A stretch of DNA of 64,000 nucleotides, taken from Octopus sinensis. Lineage: Eukaryota. Positions 38,237-51,289 of this stretch are shown in pieces; positions within the stretch are counted from its first letter, which is position 1, and each line of letters begins with the position of its first letter. Made by a program: the position numbers and the translations under genes. The notes beneath the pieces are model-generated. The model worked only from the letters and a program-made list of their open reading frames with translations. It was not told the origin of the DNA and did no database searches. The DNA lies in assembly GCF_006345805.1 (NCBI RefSeq), contig NC_043010.1, forward strand, positions 61,504,001 through 61,568,000. The letters run 5' to 3'.

Positions 38237-40331
38237 TCTATTGAGATTTTATTTACAGTTGAGCACATTCTCAATGAATATAATTATATATAGATGGTTA
38301 TATATCTACACATACACACATACATACATACATACATACAAATATATCATCATCATCATCATCGTTTAACATCCGCTTTCCATGCTAGCATGGGTTGGAC
38401 GGTTCAACTGGGGTCTGGGAAGCCAGAAGGCTGCACCAGGCCAGTCAGATCTGGCTGTGTTTCTACAGCTGGATGCCCTTCCTAACGCCAACCACTCTGA
38501 GAGTGTAGTGGGTGATTTTATGTGCCACCGACACAGGTGCCAGACGAGGCTGGCAGACGGCCACGCTCGGATGGTGTTTTTTATGTGCCACCGACACAGG
38601 TGCCAGACGAGGCTGGCAGACGGCCACGCTCGGATGGTGTTTTTTATGTGCCACCGACACAGGTGCCAGACGAGGCTGGCAGACGGCCACGCTCGGATGG
38701 TGTTTTCTTATGTGTCACCGACACAGGTGCCAGACGAGGCTGGCGAACGGCCACGCTCGGATGGTGTTTGTTACGTGCTCTCAGCACGGAGGCCAGTCGA
38801 TGCGGTACTGGCTATGGTCACGTTCGGATGGTTTTCTTATGTGCCACCAGCACTGGTACCACAAGGATACAAATTCCATTGATGTTCATCTATTTTCATT
38901 TGGTTTGATTTGATTTGATTTGATTTGATTTTGATTTTCACTTGCCTCAACAGGTCTTCACAAGTGTCACAAGAAGGAAGGTATGCACAAGTGGACTGAC
39001 TAAGTCCCAGGTAGGGGCCACGGGTTATGGCTTCACTAGTTTTGCCGGGTCTTCTCACGCACAACATACTTCCATAGGTCTCGGTCTCTAGTCATTTCCA
39101 TGGTGAGACCTAACGTCCGAAGGTCGTGCTTCACCACCTCGTCCCAGGTTTTCCTGGGTCTACCTCTTCCACAGGTTCCCTCAACTGCTAGGGATTGGCA
39201 CTTTCTCATACACCTATCTTCATCCATTCTCGCCACATGACCATACCAGCGCAATCGTCTCTCTTGCACACCACAACTGATGCTTCTTAGGTACAACATT
39301 TCTCTCAAGGTACTAACGCTCTGTCGAGTAAGTACACTGACATTACACATCCATCGGAGCATACTGGCTTCATTCCTCACGAGCTTACGCATGTCCTCAG
39401 CAGTCACGGCCCATGTTTCACTGCCATGTAGCATGGCTGTTCGTACACATGCATCATACAGTCTGCCATATATATATATATAATAATAATAATAATATAA
39501 ATAATATATAAATATATGCATATATACACACATACAAACAAACATACACATGTATATATACAACAGGCTTCTTTCAGTTTCCATCTATCAAATCCACTTA
39601 CAAGACTTTGGTCAGCCTGAGGCTATAGTAGAAGACGCTCAAGGTGCCATGCAGTGGGTCTGAACCCAGAACCATGTGGTTGGTAGGCAAGCTACTTACC
39701 ACACAGCCACTCATTTATGTATATAAATATATATAATTATATATACATCTATGCATATGCATGTGCATATGTGTGAATGTATGTGTGCATGCACATTTTT
39801 CCCTTCTTAGATTGATGAAATCTCTGTTGTTGACAACTTAAAGTGAACAACATCTCACTTTGGGGATGTATAAAATACATAATCCTTTACTTGGAAAAAG
39901 CAATAAGAGTTAGTGCCAGGAAAGGCAAGCATGGGGAAACGGATTCAAATGAAAGAAAGAAAAAAGTGTAAGTATATATATTTATATACATAAATGAGTG
40001 GCTGTGTGGTAAGTAGCTTGCCTACCAACCACATGGTTCTGGATTCAGACCCACTGCATGGCACCTTGGGCAAGTGTCTACTACTATAGCCTCAGGCTGA
40101 CCAAAGCCTTGTGAGTGGATTTGATAGATGGAAACTGAAAGAAGCCTGTTGTATATATACATGTGTATGTTTGTTTGTATGTGTGTATATATGCATATAT
40201 TTATATATTATTTATATTATTATATATATATATATTTGTATGTATGTATGTGTGTATGTGTAGATATATAACATCTGTGTATAATTATATTCATTGAGAA
40301 TGTGCTCAACTATAAATAAAATCTCAATAGA
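38237..40331. repeat. Local inverted duplication (left arm 38237-39735, interrupted by RTE; right arm 39973-40331)
   Basis: Unique flank, microsatellite pattern and half-SINE are all mirrored. Confidence 0.85.
38348..39467 (-). mobile_element. 5'-truncated RTE LINE with ORF2 C-terminus and about 62-bp x4 tandem repeat in the 3' UTR
   Basis: AMLHGSETW...RRLRWYGHVARM...GRGRPRKTW (39036-39467); repeats 38519-38770; (GAT)n tail. Confidence 0.95.
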
Positions 40332-40539
40332 ACTTGCAATGTTGTAGTATAATAAGTACAGTTTGAAAGCCTAGTTTGAAATTGAAAGCCATTTGCATTT
40401 ATTTTCAATACCCATTGACAACAAAGGTTTAATTCAATGTTTAATTCAATGCAAGAAAATGAACAGTGGAAAGTGGAGGACATCAATATATGCTGAATTG
40501 GTTTCAAATACATAAAGTGTTTACGTACTATTATATATA

Positions 40540-41104
40540 AAGAGGTTTAAGGACAGCATAAGGACTACCATGAAGTCACTTGGAGTTGATCCAAAGGCCA
40601 TAGAAACCCTTGCTTTGGATTGAGCTTTGATTGCGAACAAATGTGTGGAGCAAAGTGAAAGCATTTGAGGAGGGTAGGATAATATATGCAAGACTCAAGT
40701 AAGATTTAAAGAAGAATGTTGGGATCAAGGTGAATCTCTGACCTTTTTGTGTACACAGTTTGATAGACCATGTCTTTCTTTGGCTGGGCTCAAATCTCAT
40801 AATGACGGACCCATGAAAAACGAACCTCCACCAACTATTCTGCCTATATATCTGTGCACACCTTTCAATGCCGTGTATGCCATAAGGTCTGCAATTTTAA
40901 AGGAGGCCTCAAAACCTCAAAAGACATCTTGAAATACACAAAGATCAGAAATTAACTGCAGCTCTTGGGTGACCAAATCAGTTGTGCAATCTATGTGGGT
41001 GTCTTTTCAATACATTGTCTGGTTTAAAAAGCCACATCAGATGCCATGATGGGTCTCAGGTGTAGGTACAAGAGGTGGTCAAACTCTGCATAAGGAGTAG
41101 ACAA

Positions 41105-41108
<4 letters not shown>
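40540..41108 (+). pseudogene. RTE (BovB-like) C-terminal remnant
   Basis: KRFKDSIRTTMKSLGVDP; Zn-finger-like CTQFDRPCLSLAGLKSH. Confidence 0.65.
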
Positions 41109-41135
<27 letters not shown>

Positions 41136-41136
41136 T

Positions 41137-41365
41137 GGGAAAAACGGTAAGATAAAAAAAGAAAGAAAGAGACCTCAATATTATGTAAATAAAGGAATTT
41201 ATCTGTAAATGTAATACGTGACAATTATTCGGTAGCCATGATAAAACTCTGAGTTTCGGATGCTGAGGTGGAAATCCACAATACTATCTCTTCAGTTATC
41301 CACCTCGACATCTGAAACTCAGAGCTTTATCTTGGCTACCGAATAATTATCACATATTACATTTA
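41137..41365 (-). mobile_element. Penelope-like terminal repeat with inverted partial copy (67-bp hairpin), between (TA)n tracts
   Basis: 41206-41272 is the reverse complement of 41299-41365; hammerhead core inside. Confidence 0.6.
41240..41300 (-). ncRNA. Type-I hammerhead ribozyme-like motif
   Basis: GAUAA-CUGAAGA-GAU..AUCC-GAAA-CUCAGAG-UU-UUAUC; stem I GAUAA/UUAUC, predicted GUU cleavage site. Confidence 0.6.
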
Positions 41366-41385
41366 TATATATATATATATACTAG

Positions 41386-41612
41386 GGCGGCGAGCTGGTA
41401 GAAACGTTAGCACACCGGGCGAAATTCGTAGCCGTATTTCATCTGTCGTTACGTTCCGAGTTCAAATTCTGCCGAGGTTGACTTTGCCTTTCATCCTTTT
41501 GGGGGGTCGATAAGTACCAGTTACGCACTGGGGTTCGATGTAATCGACTTAATCCGTTTGTCTGTCCTTGTTTGTCCTCTCTGTGTTTAGCCCCTTGTGG
41601 GTAGTAAAGAAA
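41386..41612 (+). mobile_element. SINE family B, full length
   Basis: Consensus match. Confidence 0.9.
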
Positions 41613-41639
41613 CTGGAATTTTGCAACATTATCTTATTC

Positions 41640-41720
41640 ACTTAGTCTTACATGTTTACACTTTTATTGCCTTCAAAGTATTCTCCATTTGAAGTGATGC
41701 ATCAGTCCAGACACGTTTAG
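41640..41720 (-). mobile_element. mariner transposase C-terminal fragment
   Basis: CITSNGEYFEGNK. Confidence 0.55.
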
Positions 41721-41737
41721 TTGCCCACACAGAAAAA

Positions 41738-41915
41738 TAACACCAGCAACATACCCTGGAAATGAGAACAGTGTACCCCATTAGTCAAATAGAGGGTTGG
41801 GTTTGAAATTCCACCAGAACACCTGATGAAGGCTGGAGAGTACATCAGTTGAAACGTGATAGCAACAAAGGAAATGAGGACACCTGGCCAACCATTGTAA
41901 ATAAATGTAAACAAT
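41738..41915 (+). mobile_element. Diverged, headless relative of the 19.6-kb hammerhead element
   Basis: ATGAGAAC...ACACCTGATGAAGGCTGGAGAGTACATCAGTTGAAACGTG...ATGAGGACA...ATGTAAA. Confidence 0.65.
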
Positions 41916-42546
41916 GATGTTTACCTAACGAGTTTTTCCAGTTCAATCCTGTGACACTGCAAGTTATACCCAGTTGTCCTTTACAGTTGAATACACAATC
42001 ACTGACTCAAGATATCAAATAAATTGCACATTAAAATAATTTAATATCTTATTGAGTGAGTCATTTTGATAGACAAAATATTTTAAAATATTTTATTGCT
42101 TAGTGACTCCTTTTTATGTTCTGGGTTCAAATCTGAACAATGTCAGTGATTTTGTTGTTTATATTTCTGAAGTTGATAAATAAAACCTTTCAACAGCTTG
42201 ATGCCTTTTCAAACACCAACCAGTTTATAGAATGTATTCAATGCTTTTCTCACAGCACCAGCATTAAAGAGGTTGTCAGATCCTTCATTAACCATTTAGC
42301 ATTTAAACCAGCCACATCTGGCCCAATTAATATACCTGTTTTGTGTTCAAACTGGTTAGATCCAGCTTTTTATGCCCTCCCTGTCATTCTAAAAATATAG
42401 AGTCGTATCATGGAAATCTTGAAGCTACAAGATAATACGTAATTAATGGAAACAATCAGAATAAACGAGAATTGCATTTGAGAGAATCCTTTGAATGCTA
42501 AAGGGTTTTACTAAAGGATTCTCTGAGCAGAACATTTATCCATGTG

Positions 42547-42617
<71 letters not shown>

Positions 42618-43104
42618 TGTGTGTGTGCGCGTGTGCGCGCGTGTGTGTGTGTGTGTGTGCAGGCAGGGGTCAGTGATTAAGATGTTTGCTTTGAAACCAC
42701 ACAGCCAGGGGCTTGGTCCCACTGCATGGATACTGTTGCCTGGCATACCGTACTATAACTATGAGCAGGCAATGCCTCCCCACTGAAATTAGTATTCAGA
42801 CACTAAAGAAGCCCAGTGAGTATGGGAGAGAGTTTTCAACTCACAATCATAAGATTACAGTTTCTATTCCTGGATTGGGTGATGCAATGTGCTCTGGGGC
42901 AAAACACTTCGCTTCACATTAATTCAGTTCATCCAGCTGACTTGCAAGTGACTGGCATCCTATCCAGGGGGAATGATATAAGCCACAGAATCTAGAAAAC
43001 CAGCTTTATGAGCCCATGGCTCAGGAAGGACATGTGACTCTTTTTTTTTTATACACACACATATTTATATATATATATGTATATATATATGTGTGTATAT
43101 GCAT

Positions 43105-43755
43105 GCATCATCCGAACATGGTCGATGCCAGTACCCACTGACTGGCTCCAGTGCCAGTGGCATGTAAAAAGCATCTACTACACTATCGGAGTGGTTGGCA
43201 TTAGGAAGGGGATCCAGCTGTAGAAACCTTGCCAGATCAGATTGGAGCCTGGTACAGCTGCTGGGTCTCCAGACTTCAGTCAAACCGTCCAACCCATGCC
43301 AGCATGGAAAACGGATGTTAAACAATGATGATGATGATGATGATATATATATATATCATCATCATCACCATTATTCAACATCTGTTATCCATGTTGTCAT
43401 GGGTTGGACAGTTTGACCAGGGCTGGTAAACTTGAAGGCTACAAAAGAACTCAGCCACTTTGCCTCTGTAAGGCCTAACGCTCGAAAGATGATCTTTATG
43501 TGCCAATTACGTGACTCCAGCATCAACCATGAAAACGATTTCCCTTGGTTTGATGGGTCTTCTCAAGCACAGCATATCGCCAAAGGTCCAGGCCACTAGT
43601 CATTCCTTCTATGAGGCTCAAAGTTTGAAGATCATGCTCCACCACTTCGTCCCATGTCTTCCTGGGTCTACCTCTACCACAGGCTCCCTCCACAGTTAGA
43701 GATTGGTACTTCTTTACACAGCTTCCTCATCCATACACATCACATGACCATACAT
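43105..43755. mobile_element. Two RTE 3' ends tail-to-tail around a (TA)7 tract
   Basis: Plus copy ends in (GAT)n at 43343; minus copy starts with (CAT)n at 43357. Confidence 0.85.
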
Positions 43756-43768
43756 CATGGAGGAGTGT

Positions 43769-43966
43769 GGCGCAGGAGTGGCTGTGTGGTAAGTAGCTTG
43801 ATAACCAACCACATGGTTCCGGGTTCAGTCCCACTGCGTGGCATCTTGGGCAAGTGTCTTCTGCTATAACCCCGGGCCGACCAATGCCTTGTGAGTGGAT
43901 TTGGTAGACAGAAACTGAAAGAAGCCTGTCGTATATATGTGTATATATATATATATATATATAATA

Positions 43967-44034
<68 letters not shown>

Positions 44035-44225
44035 ATATGTTTGTGTCTGTCCCCCTAGCATTGCTTGACAACCGATGCTGGTGTGTTTACGTCCCCGTCA
44101 CTTAGTGGTTCGGCAAAAGAGACCGATAGAATAAGTACTGGGCTTACAAAGAATAAGTCCTCGACTAAAGGCGGTACTCCAGCATGGCCACAGTCAAATG
44201 ACTGAAACAAGTAAAAGAGAAAGAG
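43769..44225 (+). mobile_element. SINE family A, full length
   Basis: Consensus match. Confidence 0.9.
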
Positions 44226-45743
44226 AGATACCACTGCACACCACATCTGATGCCTAACTTTTCTCTCAAGACGCTTAAACTCTAACATGCACACTGACAT
44301 TGCACATCCAGAGAAGCATACACATATAGCCATATATCTCCTCTATAGTAGGACACAATGCTTGGCCCTCTACCCAATTCTGGTTTCTCAGTACAGCCCT
44401 GCAGCTTGCTCAATCCTGTCAAATTGTTCAAACTGTTCAACCCATGCCAGCATGGAAAATAGACATTAAGTGATAAAGATGATGATGATGGTGCTGGTGT
44501 TGATGAGGAGGAAGAGAAGGAGGAGATTACACACACACACACACACATAAATCCACCTCAACAAATTATGTCCTCATGAGAGCTTGGAAAATCATCATCA
44601 TCATCATCATCATTGTTTAACGTCTGTTTTCCATGCTGGCATGAGTTGGACGGTTTGAGCAGGGCTGGCAAGCTGGAAGGCTGCACCAGGCTCCAGTCTG
44701 ATCTGGCAGTGTTTCTACAGCTGGATGCCCTTCCTGATGCCAACTACTGCATGAGTGTAGTGAGTGCTTTTTACGTGCCACTGGCACAGGGGCTGGAGGA
44801 AATGATATGTACATGCATACACATACAAATGTTGTACATTGGAAGGGTCATTTTGCCAATAAGCAAACAGACACACACATGCACTATTGTTCACTTCAGT
44901 TTTATTGTTAACTGATTAATCAGTAAATCAATCAATTAATCAACTACAAATTAATTTGTTATAAATTATTTATCACACTACTGAAGCCGTTTAAATAATT
45001 TCAGGGATTATCCCCTACTGTAACTGATTGTATTTATATCTTGGGTTTTTTTTGTTGTTAAGTGACATCAAGATGTTGTCAACATGTGTGTGTGTGTGTG
45101 TGGGGGGGGTGAGTCTGTATATGTGTGTGTGTGTGTGTTTGGGTGGGGTGTATTGTGTTACTGTCTTGTGTGTCATTGTGTCTGCATATTTTTACCATTT
45201 TTTTTTATGTTTTCCATTTTCTTACCAAGTACCACCAAATACCACCACCACCACTACCACAATCATGACCACTGACAACAACCAATGCTACAAACACAAA
45301 GAACAACACCAATACTACCACCGCTAAGAACAACACCACTGTTGCTACCACCACCACCACCACCACCACTACCATCACTACCACTGCCACCACCACCACC
45401 ACAACCACCATCACCATCACCACCACCACCACCACAACCACATCAATGTCCACCAGAGTAATACAAGAACAAAGATAAAATAGTAAGATAAAAGTCAACT
45501 GAAGTCAAACACACACCCACACACACACATACACACACACACACGCACTCACACACACACACACACTCTGAGAATGTCGTGCATTGGCAGTTATCAAACT
45601 TTTGATGAGTGCCACCGACACATGACACTCTCGGCCCTTGAGTCATTGACTCACCCTGAAACTTCTGCCGATTACTATTGTAAAGTGTATATACACTCAC
45701 GTTTTGAGTTCTATTAGGTCTTTTTCTTGTTTGCATCAACAAA

Positions 45744-45787
<44 letters not shown>

Positions 45788-45857
45788 TAGATGTATGTGT
45801 GTGTTTGTGTGTGCGTGTGTGCATGTGCATAGATCATGTGTGTGTATATATATATAT

Positions 45858-47060
45858 CATCATCATTGTCATCGTTTAACGTCCGCTTTCCATGCTGGCA
45901 TGGGTTGGACGGTTTGACTGAGGACTGGCAAGCCAGATGGCTGCAGCAGGCTCCAATCTGATCTGGCAAAGTTTCAACAGCTGGATGCCCTTCCTAACGC
46001 CAACCAGTGGATGCTTTTTATGTGCCACCAGCATGAGGGCCATTCAGGCGGTACTGGCATCAACCATGCTTGAATGGTGCTTTTTACATTCCACCGGCAA
46101 GGGAGCCAGTCAGGCAGCACTGGCAATGACTACACTTGAATGGTGTTTTTTACATTCCACCGGCAAGGGAGCCAGTCAGGCGGCACTGGCAATGATTACA
46201 CTTGAATGGTGTTTTTTACATTCCACCGGCAAGGGAGCCAATCAGGCAGCACTGGCAATAATCACACTTGAATGGTGTTTTTTATGTGCCTCCGGCATGG
46301 GACTAGTCAGGCGGTAATGGCATCGACCACACACAAATGGCGCTTTTTACGTGCCACTCGCATAGGTGCCAATCAGTGGGTACTGTCATTGGCCACAACA
46401 ATGACTTCACTTGCCTCGACAGGTCTTTGCAAGTGCAGTTTATTGTCCAATGATTGAAGAGTACTCTTAAATGGGCTGGTTATGCTGCACTGGCATAGGC
46501 CACAGCTATGGTCTCACTTGACTTTCCAGGTCTTCTCAAGCACAGCATATCTCCAAAGGTCTCGGTCACTTGTCATTGCCTCTGTGAGGCCCAATGTTCA
46601 AAGGCTGTGCTTCACCACCTCATCCTATGTCTTCCCGGGTCTACCTCTTCCACAGGTTCCCTCTGTTGCTAGGGTGTGACATTTTATCACACAGCTATCC
46701 TCATCCATTCTCACCACATGACCATACCAGCGCAGTCGTCTCTCTTGCACATCACATCTGATCCTTCTTATGTCCAACTTTTCTCTCAGGGTGCTTACAC
46801 TCTGTTGTGTATGCACACTGAAACTATACATCCAGCGGAGCATACCAGCTTTTTTCCTTGCAAGCTTATGCATGTCCTCAGCAGTCACAGACCATGTTTC
46901 ACTGCCGTGTAGCATGGTGGTTTGCACACATGCGTCATACACTCTACCATTTACTCTGGGCGAGAGGCCCTTTGTTAGCAGCAGAGGTAAGAGCTCTCTG
47001 AACTTTGCCCTGGCTATTCTTATTCTAGCAGCTACACTCACAGAGCATCCACCCCTGCTA
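45858..47060 (-). mobile_element. 5'-truncated RTE LINE with ORF2 remnant; 63-bp repeats in 3' UTR
   Basis: SVAARIRIARAKFRELLPLL...MLHGSETW...RRLRWYGHV; repeats about 46015-46330. Confidence 0.95.
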
Positions 47061-47093
47061 TCTTCCCAGTTAGCCTTCCTTTGATATTGTGAA

Positions 47094-47441
47094 ATATATA
47101 AAACTGAGAATGTGTTTGTGTGTGTGTGTATGCACCTCACTAAAAGTCAAGAACTACCCAACCGATTTCATTTAAATTTTACACATGCCTTACTTAGGGT
47201 CATGGAGTGTCGTGGGCCAAATTACATTTTCAACTTCTTGCCTAATGTGACCCTGAAGCAATCTCTTATTTCTAACACTATTTCAGTATTACGTGTCAAA
47301 AGTGAAACAATAACATCTCTATTGTAATGTGCACAAATTTCAGGTCATGTTCAGACAATATTTTGACTTGCTTCCAATGTTTCACTTTCGTCCGATGTTT
47401 CATCTCATTACCAAAAAAATTTTTATATATACAGATATATA

Positions 47442-47517
<76 letters not shown>

Positions 47518-47861
47518 GCCTCAGGTTGACCAAAACTTTGTGAGTGGATTTCGTACACGGAAACTGAAAGAAGACTGTCGTATACATGTGTGTATATTTG
47601 TGTGTGTATGTGTGTCTGTGTTTGTACCCCACCATTGCTTGACAATGGATGTTGCTGTGTTTATGTTTCCATACTTTAGCGGGTTGGCAAAAGACACTGA
47701 CAGAATAAGTACTAGGCTTACAAAGAATAAATCCTGGGGTCGATTTGGTCAACCAACGGTGGTGCTCCAGCATGGCTGCAGTCGCATGACTGAAACAAGT
47801 AAAACAATAAAAAAAAAACTATGCCATTTTAATCCCTAGCAAGGCTAGGTATCTCCCCTAG
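47094..47861 (+). mobile_element. Non-autonomous Helitron with nested partial family A SINE (47515-47805)
   Basis: 5' TATATAAAACTGAGAATG; 3' CCTAGCAAGGCTAGG hairpin plus CTAG|T. Confidence 0.6.
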
Positions 47862-47919
47862 TATATATAGACACACACACATATATATATATACACATAT
47901 ATACATATATATATGTGTG

Positions 47920-47985
<66 letters not shown>

Positions 47986-48143
47986 TATACACATGTATAT
48001 ATATATATATGTGTGTGTGTGTATCTGTGTGTGTGTGTATGTGTGTGTGTGTATATATATATATATATGATACCAACAGAATGATTAAATTCCAGTGATA
48101 GCTATATGTTCACGCTAAAGTAGATTTGCCCTACCTATATAGG

Positions 48144-48176
<33 letters not shown>

Positions 48177-49335
48177 GGACCGTGCATTAAGTAAATACAT
48201 TGAATATTTCATGGTTCCCTCTCTTGTCTCTCTCTTTGTCTCCCTTTCATTTGTTCCCTTCTTTATCCCCACTCTTTCACCTCTCTCTTCTGTTGCTGTC
48301 TTATAAACATAATTCTTCAGTAAATATCCCACGTATTGGCAGTCACTGATCCAAGAGAGACTACTCTCTCTTGCTCACTTACTTTTCCTCTCTCTCTCTT
48401 TCTTTCATTCTCTCTTCCTCTCTTTCTCTTTCAACTCATCAAATACCATCATCATCATCATCATCGTTTAACGTCCGCTTTCCATGCTGGCATGGGTTGG
48501 AAGATTTGACTGAGGACTCTCGAACCAGATGGCTGCACCACACTCAAAATCTATAAATAATCAAATTTTATATCTCGTTTAAAAAAAAAAAATATATTAG
48601 GGAACATATTTTCCTTGTGATCCCTTAAATTAATTGGTTTATCCTCTATAATCCTTTGCTTCATAATTTGATGGAAACAACTGTTTAAAGGTATTATCTT
48701 GTTAGTCTCCTAGAGATTTCAGGTTCAGTCCCTCTGTGCAGCACCTTGGACAAGTGTCTCCTGCTATAGACCCTGGCTGACCAATGTCTTGTGAGTAAAT
48801 TTGATAGATGGAAACTGTGTGGAAGCCTATCATATGTTAGTGTGTGTTTGTCCCCAGTACTTTTGGACAACTGGTGTTGGTTTGTTTACAGCCCCAAATC
48901 TTAGCAGTTTAGCAAAAGACAATGATAGAATAAATACCATGCTTTTGAAAAATTGGTGCTGGGGTCAATTTGTTTGACTAAACCCTTCAAGGTGGGTGCT
49001 CCAGCATGGCCGCAGTCCAATGACTGAAATAAATAAATGATAAAAGATAACAAACTAAAAACAAATACCAACCAACCAACCGCAGTTGTCTCCCCATTGC
49101 AGCTGTCACCTCTTCTGTGTATTGTTGGGTTGGTGTGTGTACCAGCTTATGAGTACAGAGGCGCCAAAAAAAAAAGCAGCAACAGCATGGTATATAGGCA
49201 ACCAGGTCATGCATACAAACAATGACTTAGCAGGTTTTCTTTTTGTTCTTTTGTTAGAAGGTGAGGTATATATATATATAACTGCACCAGAGGGTTACTT
49301 GCCATATGAAAGGTAGTTTTGGATATATCAGATCA

Positions 49336-49793
49336 TTGACCCTTTCATTACCAACCTGGCTCTATAGTACAAATGTCTTATCATAAGTTTTGAATTCAAA
49401 TCTTTCACTAAACCTTAGTCACAATTTATTTCCTAACACTAGCTTAATGATAACAAAGTTATTTTACTAAATTCTTTATTATATTTAAAATTAATTGAAA
49501 GAAACACAGAGCATCTCAACAGAAATATGGTAAGAAAAGGGTTAAAATATATAATAGAGAAACAATTCTTAATCCTTTTGATAAGTGCTGAAACCAGCTC
49601 TGGCTCTGTAGTACAAATGTTTAGTTTTCATAAGTTCTGAATTAAAGTCTTCCACCAAACCTTAATCACAATTTATGTTCCTAACACTAGCTGAATGATA
49701 ACTAAGTTATTTTACTTAATTCTGTGTTATATTTAAAATTAATTGAAAGAAACACAGAGCATCTCAAAATAAATACAGTATTGAAAGGGTTAA
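49336..49793 (+). mobile_element. Two adjacent piggyBac-type MITEs of one family (49336-49545 and 49569-49793)
   Basis: CCTTT...AAAGGG|TTAA termini; homologous bodies. Confidence 0.75.
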
Positions 49794-49799
49794 GAATGA

Positions 49800-50315
49800 A
49801 ATGCCCAATTTTCAGCTGGAAGTTTATTTTATTTTATCTCAACAAAAAGCAATGCAGTTAATCAAAGTATGCACCTAAATTATCAACACAATTTTGCCAT
49901 TTTATTGGTAGCTTATTTATGCCAGCAGCAAAGAATTCTGGAGAGCAAGAGGTGATGAAATCACGAAAGCTGTTTTGGCATCTTCTAAAGATTTTAAGTT
50001 TTTCCTTGCAAAAGTTGTCTAATGCCTGGAAAACATCATAGTTAGTTGGTGCAAGGTCAAGTGAATATGGTGGATGACAGAGTACTTCCAAGTTCAGTTC
50101 CTGTAACTTGAATAACGTTCTTTGTGCAACACGTGGTCAAGCATTGTCTTGCAAGAGAATTGACCTGTCTCTATTGACCAATCTCGGCTGTTTAATTGCA
50201 AGTTCACTCATCATTTCATTCAATTGGTTGATGTATCTCATGATGCTGTAATTGACTTACCAAGTCTCATGAAGCTGTAGTGGATGACACTAGTGCTGGA
50301 CCACCAAACAGACCA
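49800..50315 (-). pseudogene. mariner (DD34D) transposase 3' remnant
   Basis: ILLQDNA, HPPYSLDLAPTNYDVF, WQNCVDNLGAYFD. Confidence 0.9.
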
Positions 50316-50335
50316 GCCAATATATACATCAACTA

Positions 50336-50610
50336 TTATTTAATATTACTGTGTCTGTGGCCAACCGGTCTAATGTGTGCTTGGAATGCTCTGCTGCAGG
50401 TCAAGCACTGGTGGTCTGTTGGGACCAAAGGCAAGGAATTGGCTCTGGACTTTTGTAATCTGCACTTTCTTTGTGCCCCTTGCAATTCTATTCTGATCAT
50501 AAGAGGTGGAACCTCTGTTGGTGTGGCTTCACCAAGCTTGTGCCTCCCAGATGCTGGGGTTGATCTCAAATCTCTTCAGTGATGCTTTGAGTGTGTCCAT
50601 GAATGAGACT
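50336..50610 (-). pseudogene. RTE (BovB-like) C-terminal remnant
   Basis: DTLKASLKRFEINPSIWE; CLTCSRAFQAHIRPVGH. Confidence 0.7.
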
Positions 50611-51289
50611 GTTTTAAAGCAAACTGGTGGAAGATAAGTGCAGGCAAGGTGTACAGAAAAGGCTTTTCAAGGACTTAACAGGGATATCGGAAATAGAGGC
50701 AAAATTCTCCCAGCACAACTTTTAAACTGTTGAGCAATAAACTGACATCTGTCTACAGTATAATTAATTAGTTATTGAGATAAAAGCAGAGTTGACATAA
50801 TTGGCAACAGACTCAGGTTTGTTATGGGAGACAGTAAGGCAGTGAGATGGCTGAATCATTAGCACACCAGGTAAAATGTTTAGCGGCATTTTGTCTGTCT
50901 TTATGTTGTAAGTTCAAATTCCACTGAGGTCGATTTTGCCTTTCATCCCTTTCAGGGTCAATAAAATAATTACCAGTTGAGACCTTGGGTTGATGTAATC
51001 GACTATCCCACTTCCTGAAATTGCTGGCCTAGTGTCAAAATTTGAAATCATTATGGGAGACAGTTCCCTGCATGGGAAATTAGATGGTATGGTCGGTGGG
51101 GGGTAGCATGGTTAATATGAGACCCAAGAAATTATAATTCATTAAATTGATACCTGTGGCGATGAAACGAGAGACAGTTGGTTCCCTGATGGTTGTATAA
51201 ACAACAACCCTGAGTTAATGAATGAAAGTCATCTCTCTGTTAAACGCGGATGTGAGATTGAAGCCAGTTCTTTCTGCATTTATTGCTTA

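Noticed and set aside
38519-38770. Regular 62-bp repeats resembling a CRISPR array
   Set aside because: Head-to-tail copies with no unique spacers, inside an RTE 3' UTR; no cas genes; eukaryotic context.
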